Source: Octopus sinensis (Eukaryota). Taken from it: 64,000 bases of DNA. Made by a program: the position numbers and the translations under genes. Below are positions 62,814-64,000 of the stretch, one piece after another. The stretch is taken from contig NC_042999.1 of NCBI RefSeq assembly GCF_006345805.1, positions 160,456,001 to 160,520,000 of the forward strand, in the 5' to 3' direction. Position 1 is the stretch's first letter; every line of letters begins with the position of its first letter. The notes beneath the pieces were generated by a model, which made no database searches, was not told where the DNA came from, and was given only the letters and a program-made list of their open reading frames with translations.

Positions 62814-62854
<41 letters not shown>

Positions 62855-63070
62855 GCGTGTGTCTATATGTTTGTGTGTCTGTGTTTGTCCCCACAACATC
62901 ACTTGACAACCGATGCTGGTGTGTTTACGTCCCCATAACTTAGCGGTTCAGCAAAAAAGACCGATAGAATAAGTACTAGGCTTACAAAGAATAAGTCCTG
63001 GGGTCGATTTGCTCGACTAAAGGTGGTGCTCCAGCATGGCCACAGTCAAATGACTGGAAAAGTAAAAAAA
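61788..63070 (+). mobile_element. SINE family A split by an insertion in its (TA)n
   Basis: Head at 61788-61990, tail at ~62850-63070. Confidence 0.8.
61991..62848. repeat. Two tandem 429-bp units, each containing a ~110-bp inverted repeat
   Basis: Units start at 61991 and 62420; one substitution seen outside the TA tracts; arms at 62039-62150 and 62264-62372. Confidence 0.92.
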
Positions 63071-63597
63071 AAAAATTAAAATGTAAGCTGAAAAGTTGAG
63101 GAATACTACCCACCTGTATGCCACACCATTTCCATCACTGTGTTATGTCATAAAATCATGATAGGTTTTTGATTTATACATAAACACTTTACATAAGCCC
63201 TTTAAATGGTGGGTGATTTCTTGTAGACTGTTATCAAAAGGATTAAATCTCCCAGTTAATGAGAACATATTCTCAACATCTAAACTATTTCTAGCTGACT
63301 TGAATACAATTTATATAAACATCTTTTACAACAATATATAAACATATACATTTCAAGCACAACATTCTAGAAACAAAAAATTCTAGACACAATTTATTAA
63401 AGCAGGTTGTCATTATATCTTTGTTTTCTAACATTGAAAATCCTTCAGAGATCCCTCTATAATCAAGTTGCAATAAAACATTCTTCATTGGTATCAATCA
63501 TTAGACAGGGGCCATATATGGGTATCATCCTTCAAGATGTTAGTTAATAATTTCATGCATTCGTTCATTCGTATGTATGTACATATGTACATACATA

Positions 63598-64000
63598 CGA
63601 GGGGGTACCCAAAAGTAACATGGAAACGTTCTCTGTGGGACAAGCCAGTTGTAGTTCAGACTTCTGCCATGAGAAGCCAATTGATGTGACCCTCAGGCAT
63701 CACTCTACTGACTGGCATTATCAAGTGTGGTCATATGTCACATGGTGTGTCATTGTTTTGCAGTACTTCTTCCCTTGATGGCTGAAGCAAAAGAATTGCA
63801 TGCTTCCGTGAAATTCTGTTTTCTGCTGGGGTAAACAGTAGCTGAAACAGTTGTCATGCTTCAAACAGCTTACAAGGAAGTTGCCATATGCGAAACACAA
63901 GTTTACAACTGGTTTTCATGCTTCAGGAATGGTCACTTGTAGCTTGAAGACCAACCTTGTTCAGCATGACTGTCGATCTCCCAAATAAATGAAAACATCA
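63598..64000 (+). mobile_element. Mariner transposon 5' part (runs off the window)
   Basis: TA|CGAGGGGGTACCCAAAAGTAAC TIR; MAEAKE..VKFCFLLG*TVAETVVMLQTAY; same family as 47773. Confidence 0.85.

Overview
Eukaryotic, AT-rich and mostly repetitive DNA. The SINE, LINE and Helitron families resemble those of coleoid cephalopods (Octopus-like); this is inferred from sequence only. One host gene is well supported: a Rab15-like GTPase on the minus strand. Three coding exons were found (41033-40910, 15346-15286, 7977-7917; 124+61+61 bp, the Rab8/13/15 exon pattern), separated by 25.6 kb and 7.3 kb introns. A probable non-coding upstream exon ends at 43592, and exon 4 onward lies outside the window. 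A divergent plus-strand first exon near 44 kb is only weakly suggested. The remainder is a dense transposon landscape: three tRNA-derived SINE families, many RTE 3' ends including a six-unit tandem array, two CR1-group LINE ends, two families of non-autonomous Helitrons, piggyBac, hAT and unclassified MITEs, one maT (DD37D-type) and two mariner relics, and two gag/ORF1-only relics. The most notable observations are: (i) several short fold-back, Penelope-like repeats carrying minimal hammerhead-ribozyme motifs; (ii) a Helitron containing a 316-bp copy of DNA from 1.7 kb away; (iii) a SINE-LINE pair whose shared 3' hairpin covaries; (iv) a poly-His uORF overlapping the Rab15 start. No CRISPR, rRNA or bona fide tRNA genes were seen.
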